Shown: piece after piece, positions 39,636-51,629 of the stretch
Position numbering within the stretch: position 1 is the stretch's first letter
Layout: every line of letters starts with the position of its first letter
Origin: Macrostomum lignano
Lineage: Eukaryota
DNA: 64,000 nt
Assembly: GCA_002269645.1 (NCBI GenBank)
Contig: NIVC01000782.1
Span: forward strand, 1 to 64,000
Direction of reading: 5' to 3'
Program-made: the position numbers and the translations under genes
Notes under the pieces: generated by a model
Seen by the model: the letters and a program-made list of their open reading frames with translations, nothing else
What the model was told of the DNA's origin: nothing
The model's database searches: none

Positions 39636-40842
39636 ATGCAAAGATAAAAATACTACCAATTAATCTCCTGCTGTTCTGTGCAGCTCTTGGTAGGCTGTGC
39701 ACCACTTCCGTACCACCGCAATCGCAACGCATTCGCTACGTCGGTTGCTATGCGGAAAGTTACAAAGATCTGAGAGGAATTTTGGGCTCTGGTCTCTTGC
39801 TGCGGTGTCGCGCAGGGAGCTCCAGTGGTGCCGGTGTCCGCAGCGCAGCCCCCCTCCGGAGAGTCCAGGAGGTGGTTTGTCGTCCACCCGGTAGCCCTTG
39901 GGTAGCGGACGAGCTGGCAGAGATTCTCGAGCCAGAAAACATCGGAGAGATCCGGGTTTGGGCCGAGGTAGGCGAGCCTAGTAAAGGCGGGGCATTCACA
40001 GATAAAGTGCTCCGCATTCTCGACACCGGAGAGGCAGAAGGGGCATTCCTCACTGCGGATTTTTCCATGGAGGTGACGATGCCTGGCAAAACAGCCATGA
40101 CCCAAAATGGCCATGTTCACCGCCCTGATGTCCCTGCAGTAGAGTCCAAGCAGGGCCCAGCGCAAGGCGGGGGAAGGACAGGGGACAACCGCACGGGATT
40201 GCCGGTAGTCGGGGGCGTTAGCCCAGGGCTTTGGTCTCGCTGGGCCATTTAAATGCTGTCGGCGGTTTTTTGAAAGTAATTCGCTCACTGTGGAGCTGTG
40301 CCGCCCGAGCTGCTCATATGGGCGGTTCCGCTACTTTGGTTGTCAATTCGATTCGTTTTGCTACTGCGGCAGGATGTACGGATCAAATGGAAAGGATTTT
40401 GAGAGCAACTGCCAATCCAAATGCAGCGGCAATGTATCTCAGATATGCGGTGGGGAAGTGAGCAACTCTATTTATGCATGAAGTAACTTATCATGTGGGT
40501 AAGTCCGAGTTTGAATGCTGGGTAAAAACGTAAATTTGACAGTAATTAATCTTAGCAATTGACAATATTCCTATCCTAACACATGTACCACCACACTCAG
40601 ATCGCTCTCTGCTGACAAGACTGCAAGTTGTAAAAATGCCAACCGTTTCAAGCTACAAGAAGCTGAAATCCGTCACCGCCCTTAGCACAGAAGTCAGCAG
40701 TGTCTTCCAGTGCGCCTCCTTCTGCCAGCGAAGCCCGGACTGTCAAGGCTGCGCCTTTGTGCCTTCGAGCCGCATGTGCCGCCTGCTGAGATTCACCGCT
40801 GAGGTGGCTAGCGAGACTGAGCGGGTCTGGATGATGTTGTGA
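39636..40842 (+). pseudogene. WSC-PAN paralog H (pseudogene, sister of F)
   Basis: Damaged start (ATG CAA AGA TAA), leader [12 protein letters not shown]...RYVGCYAE, ~450-bp LINE insertion, WSC resumes ([10 protein letters not shown]...CYCG...CSGNVSQICGG), 4-nt insertion before the GTAAGT donor. PAN exon 40601-40842 is open. Confidence 0.88.
39805..40250 (-). mobile_element. 5'-truncated LINE 3' end (same family as 29270-31250) inserted in H
   Basis: RQSRAVVP...[19 protein letters not shown] aligns with RQSRGAVP...RDIRAATMTISGHGCFSRH; C-terminal CPFC-x8-H-x4-C knuckle. Boundaries approximate. Confidence 0.85.
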
Positions 40843-41036
40843 GGCTGAGTGGGTCTGGATGAAGCTGTGAGGCTGAGTGGGTCTGGATGAAGCTGTGAGG
40901 CTGAGTGGGTCTGGATGAAGCTGTGAGGCTGAGTGGGTCTGGATGAAGCTGTGAGGCTGAGTGGGTCTGGATGAAGCTGTGAGGCTGAGTGGGTCTGGAT
41001 GAAGCTGTGAGGCTGAGTGGGTCTGGATAAAACTAT
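40813..41036 (+). repeat. 28-bp stop-codon minisatellite of H (8 units, six perfect)
   Basis: Direct. Confidence 0.95.
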
Positions 41037-41249
41037 CACTGCACTGTGAGGCTGCGTAAGTCCTGATGAAGCCGCGATTTCGATCTATCTAATGATAAAC
41101 AGTGACAAGAGTTCTGAGTAATACCTAATCATGGCGGACTTGGCCAAATCTGAATCTCGTGTGTTTTATGTGGTTTATCTTTTATTATTTATAAAGCTTG
41201 TTGGTATAACAACTGCAAATGCAATTTTTTGATAGGATCTTTCTTCAGA

Positions 41250-41365
41250 TCTGGTAGATGGTGATTATCGATCTGGTAGGTGATGATTATCGATCTGACA
41301 GATGTTGAATATCAATCTGAGAGATGATGAATATCGATCTGGTAGATGGTGATTATCGATCTGGT
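41250..41365. repeat. ~22-bp degenerate tandem repeat (GATCTGGTAGATGGTGATTATC) x5
   Basis: Direct. Confidence 0.8.
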
Positions 41366-41825
41366 GGGTGGTCGGACAGGATTCCGGCCCGCAAAATCAT
41401 GGCACAATAGTGAATACAGCTGCTGCATTTCATGGAAAATAGCTTGATAAACTTGTGGTTGCGACTTGAACAGGACACATCTTTACTTCATTTGCAACTA
41501 GTAAGTCTTGAAGCTGAGGTATTGGAATTGAAGACTAAACAACTGAATATTTCCAACCGAAAAAAGATATCTTTAGATTCAACAATTCAACTTTACAGAT
41601 GCCAGGTGCTAAAAGGCAATAATAAGCTGTCTACTTCACCACAGCTGGTAGTTCCCGCATATTCAACTTCTTTCGCTCTCACGAACAAAAATCCTACATT
41701 TTCCCTGTCTAGAATTGAAGCATCGAAAATTCTCTTTTGAAAAGCTGCCATGATAATTGTCTGGCTGTCAGTATAAAGACTTTGACGGCTGATTGCTATG
41801 AAGAAATGGAAACACACCTGGAGCA

Positions 41826-43542
41826 ATGCAAGCGCCTATAATTTTAGTTGCCTTCCTGTCTGCATGGGTGCCGTTGCTGGCTTCTGAGCCGCCCCAGTTT
41901 CGAGAAGTTCGCTACATCGGATGCTTCGCTGACAGCAGAAGTAACAGCGATCGAGACCTGCAAGGACTGGAAGGCGTCATTGCGTTAGACCGGTACACAG
42001 TTGACCGCAAGTACAGCGCCTTCGTCAAGAGCAGGAAAATGACACTGCAGAAGTGCAACCGGATCTGCTCATACGGTCGGTTCCGCTATTTTGGTGTCCA
42101 AGCAGCTTTTTTTTGCTGCTGCGGATCTGCGTACGGGTCGCTTGGCGCGGTCGATGAGAGAAAATGCGCCGCTCCGTGCAGTGGGAACGCGTCGCAGGTG
42201 TGCGGTGCCAGCTGGACCAATTCCATCTTTGAAATCGTCTATAAGCCTAGTAGGTAATCGCTTATTGCATGCATTGCAAGGTGGCTAAACTCACAAAACA
42301 TGTCAGTTTCACTGAAGCTTGAATGTTGAGCTTCCTAATTTTATCTGAAACAAGTATGGGTATGAAACAAGAAATGCTACCGGAGGCCTGAAATAAAGCA
42401 AATTATACTGATACTGCTTTTGTCCGACTAAAAATCTCATAGAATGAAGATATAGATGGGGCCATAGACAGCACTGAGAAGCCTGACTGAGAGACAGGCA
42501 AACCTGGAAGGCCGCTTAAAAAATTGAAGCCTATTCCTAGTTGAATTTCTAGTTTAGCTGTGAATATTCAGGGTTAAACTAAGAATGAGTGAAATTAAAG
42601 ATCGAGCCCTAGTTAAACTGACCGTTTGAATTAAAAGCACTTAAACAAAGCTGTACTTCAATTGTTATTCCTACTACTTCTAGGGCTTTTCATAACTAAA
42701 ATAATTAATCATCTTACTAAATTTTATTAAACTACTAACCGCAGTAGTAAAATTCAGGTATAGGTCCTAAATTTTGGATGTTCGAGTTTGGATGTCCACT
42801 TAAAGGTTTGCCTGCCTCTCAGTCTTGGGCTGTCTATGGCCCAACCTATCTTTATTCTGTGGGGTTCTAACTTTGGATTTGACCCTCTTCCCGTGAAGAA
42901 ACCCTTTTCACGGTGCAAGTTGGTGTTGGTGTTCCTTTTTGTTGATTGTCGATTTTTTGAAAAACAACTTTTTATAAAATGGTTAGGAATTTACACTTCA
43001 CTGTGCCTGGGGGATAGGCCTTCAAGGCCGCTAATTACACGAGCAGAGCCAAGCCGAGATTCCAATTTAGCACCAAATTAATTTGACCGCACTTGGAATC
43101 GAGCCTGGGCCGCTGGCACATCAGAGCGCCGCTAGTAGAGTACTAGTCTAAGGACCCCTGAAATCGACAGGATCTGGGATATCCATTGATTTCTTTATGC
43201 CTTAATGGGAAGTTCATCATTTGAAAACTACAAAACCTACGTTTGGTTGGCTGATTAATTCCTATAATTATGAGTACGTCTTGCAATTCTCCCACAGCTG
43301 AAAAAATCCTGACCAAGCTACCAGTGACCGACATGCCAAGCATCTCAGTCTTGGCGAGCGCTTCTGCCTATCGCAACTCTACGGCGAAGAGCGCCATCCA
43401 ATGCGCCGCCACCTGCCATCGAAGCCCGGACTGTCAGGGCTGCGCCTTCGTGCCTTCGAGCCGCATGTGCCGCCTGCTGAGATTCGCCGCTGTGCCCGCT
43501 GACGTGGCCAGCGAGGCTGAGTGGGTCTGGATGAAGCTGTGA
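41826..43542 (+). CDS. WSC-PAN secreted protein, paralog I (222 aa)
   Basis: Exon1 41826-42249 (424 nt; MQAPIILVAFLSAWVPLLAS + WSC), GTAGGT donor, 1048-nt phase-1 intron, CCCACAG acceptor. Exon2 43298-43542 (245 nt), followed by ~2-3 more 28-bp units. Confidence 0.9.
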
Positions 43543-44674
43543 GGCTGAGTGGGTCTGGATGAAGCTGTGAGGCTTTAGATTGAGTGGTTCTAGATGAGGC
43601 TGTGAGGCTGTGGGTGACTGAGCTAGATACTTAAATGTTATGCACGTGAGCAAACTATGAATAGAACGGGTGTTACTGAAAACGATACATTGAACCTCTT
43701 AAGAACATTGCTGCTAACCCTTAATTCAAGTTTTTTCTCCCCTGTCTTTAATAAGTTTGATGTTAACCCTGATTGTTCTTTGGAGTAGTAAGCAGAAAAT
43801 AAAAATCTTTTTTTTAATTCATTTTGCTGATCGATTATAGTTTTTGTGAATTTGCCCTTAATTTTTCTATTTGACAGCTATACTTTAAACAGCAAATATG
43901 CGTTAAAATATGGATTAGCTAATATTAGCTTGTATCTTTGGATGTAGACGTATCTGGGATGAATAAGCCGTCAATTCCTTTCAGAAAAAGCAGCAGAAAA
44001 GTTGAAGGAATAATTCCATGGCTTATCCAAGTTTGGTTCGGTGATACTAATTCGATCATGAAAAGGCAGACCAAATCCATTGTATCGGAGCTTTTCCGGT
44101 AGGTAGCTGACGCAGCGTCCAACCCCTAAACTTCCCAGTCAAAGACTCGTGCAGAGAAAGTCTGCTGCGGAAATTCTAGAAACAAAGAAGTTAAACTTTC
44201 CGCAGCAGCGAACCGATGTTTGCTTTACAAATCGATAAACGCACCGTCTTCTTCATACAATGCCAAGTCATGGTAAAGGAAAAGTTTGGGAAAATTCTCA
44301 CTTTTTTTCGATTTAGGAATAAACGAAATCTTTGGAGCTGAAGTCCATGAACGCTCATTTTTTAGAAATGAGCTGGAGGCCGATAAAGAAACCACAAAAT
44401 GTTCAATCGTCTCTAACATTTAGCAAAATATCAAATTGAAGATAAGGAAGATTGGACATTAAGCTGAGAACTTATTCTTTACCTTCAATGTAGTCGAACC
44501 CTCGCGCAAAGTGTATAGTGTCCCACAGACCCTGCACCTGAGGCACCCTAGCCTGATGAAGCTAGGGCGACATCAGCTGCTGCCACGTCCGGCGGGCAGA
44601 ATCACCCACGCCTGTCTTCCAGTATCAGGAAATTGATAATAACAATAAATGATTACACCTGCCCCAATTGGACC

Positions 44675-44938
44675 AGATGTGCAACCGACAGCTCAGCAGC
44701 AGCAATCGCAAGGCGCATCTGAAGGCTGCGTTCGACTGTTCAGTCCAAGAACTGGGGGGGGGTCGTCACACACATACCCTCGATTACCCCTAGCTAGCAC
44801 CCGTCTTACAGTTGTGTCAACTGAAGCAATGTCGAGTTAAGTGTCTTGCTCAAAGACAAAAAAAATTCAGTGGGATCCGGGAATCTAACCCGACAACCTT
44901 AAGTCGTGAGTCAGACGCTCTAACCACTACAGGCTACA
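44675..44938 (-). mobile_element. tRNA-derived SINE
   Basis: Colinear with the 36735-36986 copy, including GTTAAGTGTCTTGCTCAA. Confidence 0.78.
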
Positions 44939-45495
44939 ACCCCGCCGGAAAGCAACGGGGAGCAGTGTGGATGTAACATTTGTCAGCATTGAAGCGCTTG
45001 ACACCAATTGCCTCAATGGATGGAATCTGATAACATCGTCCTGAGTCGCATCATGACCACATCCATCCTTTTCTGCATTTAACTCCGTCCAGACTCAGCT
45101 TATTCAGCTGTTGCACTACTAGTGGGAGATCCGCTGCAGAATTCAGCTTCCGTCTACCGCACTAGTAGTCGCACGTCTCCACGCTTATAGGTTTTAGGCG
45201 TTCCGCTAGTTCCATCACAGGCAGTTTGCCTGTTGTAAATGAAAAGAAGCTGTGAAATTAATTTGTTAGATCATTTAACAATCTATAACTCAGCACAAAA
45301 CTGCAACAAAGCAAGCCACCTTACAGAGAGCCAAGTCCAAGAACACCAGACTCGCACTTCTGATCTGCTGGGAACACTACTTTCTGCAGCAATCCTTTTG
45401 TCTCTATCTGCAACTGAAACTACTTACGAACGTCCATTTGCTAGTACGTGCAGATCTTGTCTGGTGTCAGTGCTACTGTGCAGTTCAGACTACTC

Positions 45496-45625
45496 AGGCT
45501 GAGTGGGTCTGGATGAAGCTGTGAGGCTGAGTGGGTCTGGATGAAGCTGTGAGGCTGAGTAGGTCTGGATGAAGCTGTGAGGCTGAGTAGGTCTGGATGA
45601 AGCTTTGAGGCTGAGCTGGGTGAAG
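45496..45625 (+). repeat. Orphan 28-bp array (~4.5 units) with no PAN exon upstream
   Basis: Same unit. The downstream flank 45625-46160 is homologous to the flank of gene I (43600-44130). Confidence 0.9.
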
Positions 45626-48291
45626 GCGCAAGAGACTGAAGTGCTGATTACGGAGGCAAATTACAATAAGCGTTATTAAAATCGATACATTGAAACCCCC
45701 CAAGAACATTGCTGCTGACCCTGAAATCGAGTTCCCCTTCTCTGTCCTAAATGAAGTTTCATGTTAACCCTGCAATGTTTTTTGAGTTGTGAGAAAAAAT
45801 CTAATATCTAAGTAGCTATAGAAAAACAAAAAATACAAATCTTTTTAATGCTTTCTGGCTATCGATAACAATTTAGGTTGATTCACTCTTAATTCTTATA
45901 TTTTGCAGATATTCATGTATTTATGGCAAATACGCATGCACAATTGGATACATAAATATTACCTATCTCTGGATGTAGAAGAATGTGGGATGCATAAGCT
46001 GTGAGTTCCCTTTAAAAAAGAGAAAAGTTGAAGGAAGCCTTCTATTCAGGTGCTGTCCATCTGTCCATCCCAAGTTTGGTTGTGCGATTCTGACTCTGTC
46101 ATGAGAAAGCAAACCCACTGCATTGTCTGCAAGAGCTTTTCCGGTTGGTAACTGATGCAGCGTTCAGAACCTGTGAATGCGTCTCTCAGTCAGACTAGTG
46201 CCGAAAAAGTTTGCTGCAGAAATTCGAGAAACAAAGAAGAAATGCATCCGCAGATGCAAGCCGTTGTTTGCTTTTAAAATCGATGAAGAAGCGATGTTAA
46301 AAGAAGAAAAGCTAAAAAACTTCTCTTTTTTAGAGTTAAAAATAGAGGAAAACCTTGGAGCTGCTTTGGCAACTGGGCGCTTTACTTCCATGGACAGCTG
46401 AAGTCCATGAAAGCTACACTTGATTTTCCTAGAAATCTTGGCCGGTGAAGAATGTGTGTGTTCTTGGTAGCACAGAAAATCCACGGAATGCTCAATCGCC
46501 TGATTAATAAAGGGATCTGATGCAGAACTAAAGTGCTAAGTAGCCAGCAGCTAGTTAAGCAGATAAAATCTAAAGTACTTGTTTTATTAGATTAAAATAG
46601 CATCGAGCAATTTCTTAGCCACGTTGCATGTACCGTCACGGAAAAATTTCTGATCGAACAGTGCAAGTTCGAACAAAATTGGTTGAGCCGTTTTTGCTAA
46701 AATCGATCGCATACCTAGATACCGACAGAATAGTTTTAGTATATGGAAAGATTTAGTATATTTAGATTTAGATATAATAAACGATTGTTGCTTGTTTTTT
46801 TATTAAAAAATCAAGTCAAGAAATATTGGAAACATTCTGAACACATCCTCTCTTGATGGTTTGTTAAGACGGAATACATCGGACTAACACTGGAAATAAC
46901 CTTTTCGACCGCTATCTAGTAGAATTTGGTTTAGCTCAATTTTAGCTTAATCGTAAGTTTCTTTTTGGGACATATATACTACTATTCCCTACCTTCACAC
47001 AAAGAGTAGTTTAAGCGCAAATGCGATCCGATTGTTTATTACCAGTGTATCTCTCAAGCCAAACACGCAACTGAGCTATACAAAACAAAAACATCTGTCC
47101 ATATCAACATAACCCTGAAATTTTCGTCTCTCGTAAGCATGTGCGCATTGACTCAAATTCAAGATTACCAGCGGAGATAGAAGTTTGATGCTGGCTAGGG
47201 GGTGGATGCGAAAAAGTACCTCTTTATTAAGCCGGTTTACACTGTAGTGACCTTCGCGAACTTTCCCGATTATTGTACTATTAAAAATTCTACGCCTTTC
47301 CTGAAATTTCTATTAAGTTCACAATATTATTTCTACACCGTTTAGGCATATTAAATTATTAATTTACATGAATTCTTGTACTGTAACACTTAGTCACTAT
47401 TTGAGCAATACGTACATACAACTTAGTTTTGTTATAACGATGCACGTTTTTTCCAGAACTTTCCGGAAACCCCAATTCATCTATAAATACACGAAACCAG
47501 AAATACAATTATTTTAAGCCTTTTCAATCACTCGATTGACTCAAACAAACAGAGCATTCGACTGCCAAACCTTTACAACATTACCTAAGGGTTACTCAGT
47601 ATTTAGTAGTCCCTCTGTGACATTACTGCTAGTGACTACGCGGTCAAACATTGCTCAAATCAGATGTAAAATGGTGTTACGATAACTGCACACGATGATA
47701 TCATTCACAATACTAACAATTAAGTATTGTTTCACATGAAAGATGTACAAAGCGACAAAGAATGATTTAGAAACCATAGTGCAATCACGCAACTAGAATT
47801 GTCATACCAACAAATCAGCAGTGAGGACAAAATTTTATATTACACAGACATTTAGCCGTTGTATAACGTCGTTATCCCTCGATGCAATGTAAAAGCACAT
47901 TTTTTCAGCGACATTTATAGGCGTCGTGGGGTGCAAACTGAAGGTAACGGGCTCAGGTGGTTGTTTATTATGACAAATGAGTCCACCTTCAACTGAAAAA
48001 TATTGCAGTTGTTCTGTAAAGGTAATTGTAACGACAATTATTGAAGAATTACTTTAAATCACTTAGGATAATAGTGGATCTCAGCTAGCGCCCTGCAGAA
48101 AAGACCTGTCTAGAGACTTTCAGGAGAACACAAAGGCGCGCATATAATAGGACCTACGGACAACGAATATGTTCAGCACTTTGTCTGTCAAATGCCGTTT
48201 TCATTATCAGGGACCGGCTACGCTACCTCAGGCTGAACTCTCCATTATCAAGGTCCGCCAGCCAAACAGCATCCCAAGACTCATCCAGTTT

Positions 48292-48464
48292 GAATATGGG
48301 CCGAATGCAGAGACTCCAACCAGGCCAGTCATATCGGGGTCCCTTTTATCCACGAAGCAACAGATGTAGCGGAATGCCATCGGATGAGGCGGCACCGAAG
48401 TCAAGCAGCTTCCGAACACCGCCCACATCAGCAAGTAAATGACAGCAAAGCTTTGTGAAAACAT
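48292..48464 (-). pseudogene. Truncated inverted copy (J) of a D/E/G-type WSC exon
   Basis: MFSQSFAVIYLLMWAVFGSCLTSVPPHPMAFRYICCFVDKRDPDMTGLVGVSAFGPYS, then homology stops abruptly. Confidence 0.88.
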
Positions 48465-49367
48465 TTCTGTCTGGATTATTCAGAGTGAAAGCGTGGATGT
48501 TGGGGGAAAGAGTCGGAGACTGAGCCCGGGAAAGAGTCCATTGTGCAGTTTTTATCTTTGCTTCGAAAAGGCAGACTTGCCGTCTTAAAAATTGTCTTTT
48601 GCTATTGGCCAATTCCCACTCAGTATAACCAAACTGCGCGTAGCTTAGCTGAATTTTTCAGGTTGCCATGCCGTTGCTAAGGCAGCTGTGAGCCAGTCAA
48701 AAGTGAGTCTTCTAACGCTTTTGTTTCTCAAAAGTGAGTCTTCTAACGCTTTTGTTTCTCTGCACCCAACCAGCCTGTGTTGCGCTGTCATGTTGAATAA
48801 ATTTTCTTTTATAAAACGAGAGACCATCAGCAGCTTCACGACCAATTTAAATTGATCTTCACAAAGTATATTCAGTTATTCGTTACTAATCTAATTTTAT
48901 TAAACTCTACTAGAACGGAATGCCAACAAAGGCCTGGGTGACTCCGAATACTAGAAAAGCGTTGTGTTTTTGTGCTTTTCGACTTGGTTTCGCTCTATCA
49001 TGACAATGCGCCCCTCAGGTGTCGGGGTTGGGCTTTTCGGGCTTTGCAGAGACTTAGACATCGAATTCTTTGTACACCTACCCAAGTACAGTCATTCTCT
49101 TGCGAGGTTTGGGCAGGGCAGTTGAATAAGGACTGGAATTCCGAGAGAAAAATCTATTTTTAACCCACCTTCAGATCCGGACATAGCGGAAAACACCCAC
49201 TCAAAATAAACGAGAACTCCGGAACTCCACAGTCCTAATTTTGTAGGAATGGATCCTCTCCTTCTGAGTGTGTGTGCTGCTTTGATAAGCACTACTAAAT
49301 GCAACACTGTAAATGAAAGGCAGACTAAGACAGAAGACTCAATTCAGCCATGCCTTCTGACTCAGAG

Positions 49368-49910
49368 TCCAGACGTCAGCGAGCAGCACCACTGCCACGT
49401 ACAGCCCGATCCTCGTTGCGGCCGGTCTCTGGCAGAGCTCATGCCGGTCTCTGGCAGATTCGCAGGTGGGTCGAGAGCTTCTGTTGACTGCTAAAAAAAC
49501 TGAAGTGAGGCCTGACAGCCCTGACTGCATGCTGAAGTTCTCCGGCTTTTCAGAGAGAAGCGGCTGAGCGATGGCAGCTGCGTCTCAATGTGTGAATCAG
49601 TGTTACTCACGCTTAACATACAACTTTGCTTGTATTAGATGAGGTGCCAAATATTGAGCTTAAATTTATACGAATCACTTAATTCAGTTATTTATTCTGT
49701 TGACTGTCGCGTTAAAAGCCAAAATACACTCATATCGATGATGACGCACTGCAGATGCTGCACGTGGGGATTCGACATGCGTCTGAAAACCCCACAGTTC
49801 AAACGAATCAAATCGATTAATCGACTTGTCAAGCGAGAAAAATTGATCAAAAGTTCTAAGCAGTTTCTTGGTTTAAAAAAATTTGATTTAAACTGTTACA
49901 GGACATTGTG
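49368..49910 (+). mobile_element. Unclassified interspersed repeat (other copies 53400-53872 minus, 54605-55110 plus, 63942-64000 plus)
   Basis: Shared blocks such as AGACGTCAGCGAGCAGC, GACAGCCCTGA-TGCATGCTG, GCTGAGCGATGGCAGCTGC, CGCGTTAAAAGCCAAAATACACTC. Confidence 0.8.
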
Positions 49911-50061
49911 ATACACTGACACATCACCTGCATGAAGGGACTGGGCTGACATTTTCCATGAAGCTGAGCGTCATATAGCGGCTTTTGATGGGTGTTGAAA
50001 GTTGGAGTGCCGCTGAAAGTTGTGAAACTCTGAGTCCCGAGCTCTGAGTAATACGAAGAGT

Positions 50062-50258
50062 GATATGAAGAGTGCTATGAAGAGTGATATGAAGAGTGAT
50101 ATGAAGAGTGATATGAAGAGTGATATGAAGAGTGATATGAAGAGCGATATGAAGAGTGATATGAAGAGTGATATGAAGTGTGATATGAAGAGTGATATGA
50201 AGAGTGATATGAAGAGTGATATGAAGAGTGATATGAAGAGTGATTATGAAGAGTGATA
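50062..50258. repeat. 12-bp tandem repeat (GAAGAGTGATAT) x~16
   Basis: Direct. Confidence 0.95.
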
Positions 50259-51132
50259 GGGGCTCGGAATCAGGCCCTATTTGGGTTGGGAGTGACGACA
50301 CTTAAGAGTGACACTTTGAGAGTTACTTTGAGAGTTTATGAAGTAAAAAAGCCAAGTTTGAAGCTAACTCTTGAATTGCTTCATTTACTGATCACTATGA
50401 AATCTGGATGCTGATACTCAAGGGCTGCATGAAACCCCCTGCCGAAGTCCCAGCAGTATCGGCTATGACTTCAAGACTGACAGCTAAAAGACACTGGTTG
50501 ACGGGTCAGTTCAGAGCCTCCTCCAGTCGGACACCCGATTCCCAGAGAGCCGCTTTTGGCGAGCCAGTTCGCCTTTTACAGTGGGTGAACCTTGTTCGCT
50601 TGACCATAGCTCGTATAAGCAAAAGCAGAAATTCTTATGCATTGCTGTTTATATTGATCGTAACTTGTTATTCACTCTAAATGTACTCAATCGGATAAAT
50701 CTAGACGATGAAGCATCTTAAAGAGGCTGGATGAATTCGATTAATCAGCCGTGTTTACCAACAGTAGAGAATGCGAGCATTTAGTTATAATTTTCTAGCC
50801 GCCAAGAAAGAGATTCACTCAACAGTGTACTTTGCCTGTCTGGTGGGAATCCTGTTGTGACCTTCAAAAATTTATGATATTCTATCACGAAAGATGCAAT
50901 CTATCTAAAAATAGTTTGTACAGGCAAGCACCTGGGAACACTTCAGAACAAGAGCTATGGCGGGTGAGTTGGGGGTGGGCTCTACGGCAACTCCACGGCA
51001 AATCCACGGCAAATCCATCGGTTTTTCAGTCTTATATAAAATAGCGTAAACTGTATGAAGAGAAAATAATCACCAAATAAAATTCTGCTCAAAAATTCAA
51101 ATCAGCTTTGAGATTTCTGATTAAGAAACTAT

Positions 51133-51420
51133 GCATGGGGAATTCATGAGAAACTGGAGTGCTGGGTGAATTCATGAGAAACTGACGTGTTGGGGAATTC
51201 ATAAAAAACTGGAGTGCTGGGTGAATTCATGAGAAACTGGAGTGTTGGGGAATTCATGAGAAACTGGAGTGCTGGGGAATTCATGAGAAACTGGAGTGCT
51301 GGGTGAATTCATGAGAAACTGGAGTGTTGGGTGAATTCATGAGAAACTGGAGTGTTGGGTGAATTCATGAGAAACTGGAGTGCTTGGGACTTCATGAGAA
51401 ACTGGAGTGCTGGGGGAAAA
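51133..51420. repeat. 27-28-bp minisatellite (GAATTCATGAGAAACTGGAGTGCTGGGT) x~10
   Basis: Direct. Confidence 0.93.
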
Positions 51421-51629
51421 TTTCACGAACTTGCTTTAGAATACTTAAACTCAGAGTAATGTCTATAAAGCAATTAACTTTCTCTTCGTTGCTTTCAACA
51501 CTTTAAGGAACTTGCAATCAGTCTATGGCCCAGGCTTCGGCTCTGTAGCTTGAACGAAAGCCGTGCAGTGAAAAATTCTCATTCAACCTGCGTTAAGCCA
51601 GGGCTACGAAATTTTCGATAGCCAAGAGA

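Noticed and set aside
43040-43150. B-box-like sequence in the intron of gene I (possible second SINE family)
   Set aside because: A single weak match with no second copy in the window.
49924-50301. ITLH / MKSD repeat ORFs
   Set aside because: Translations of a 12-bp tandem repeat.
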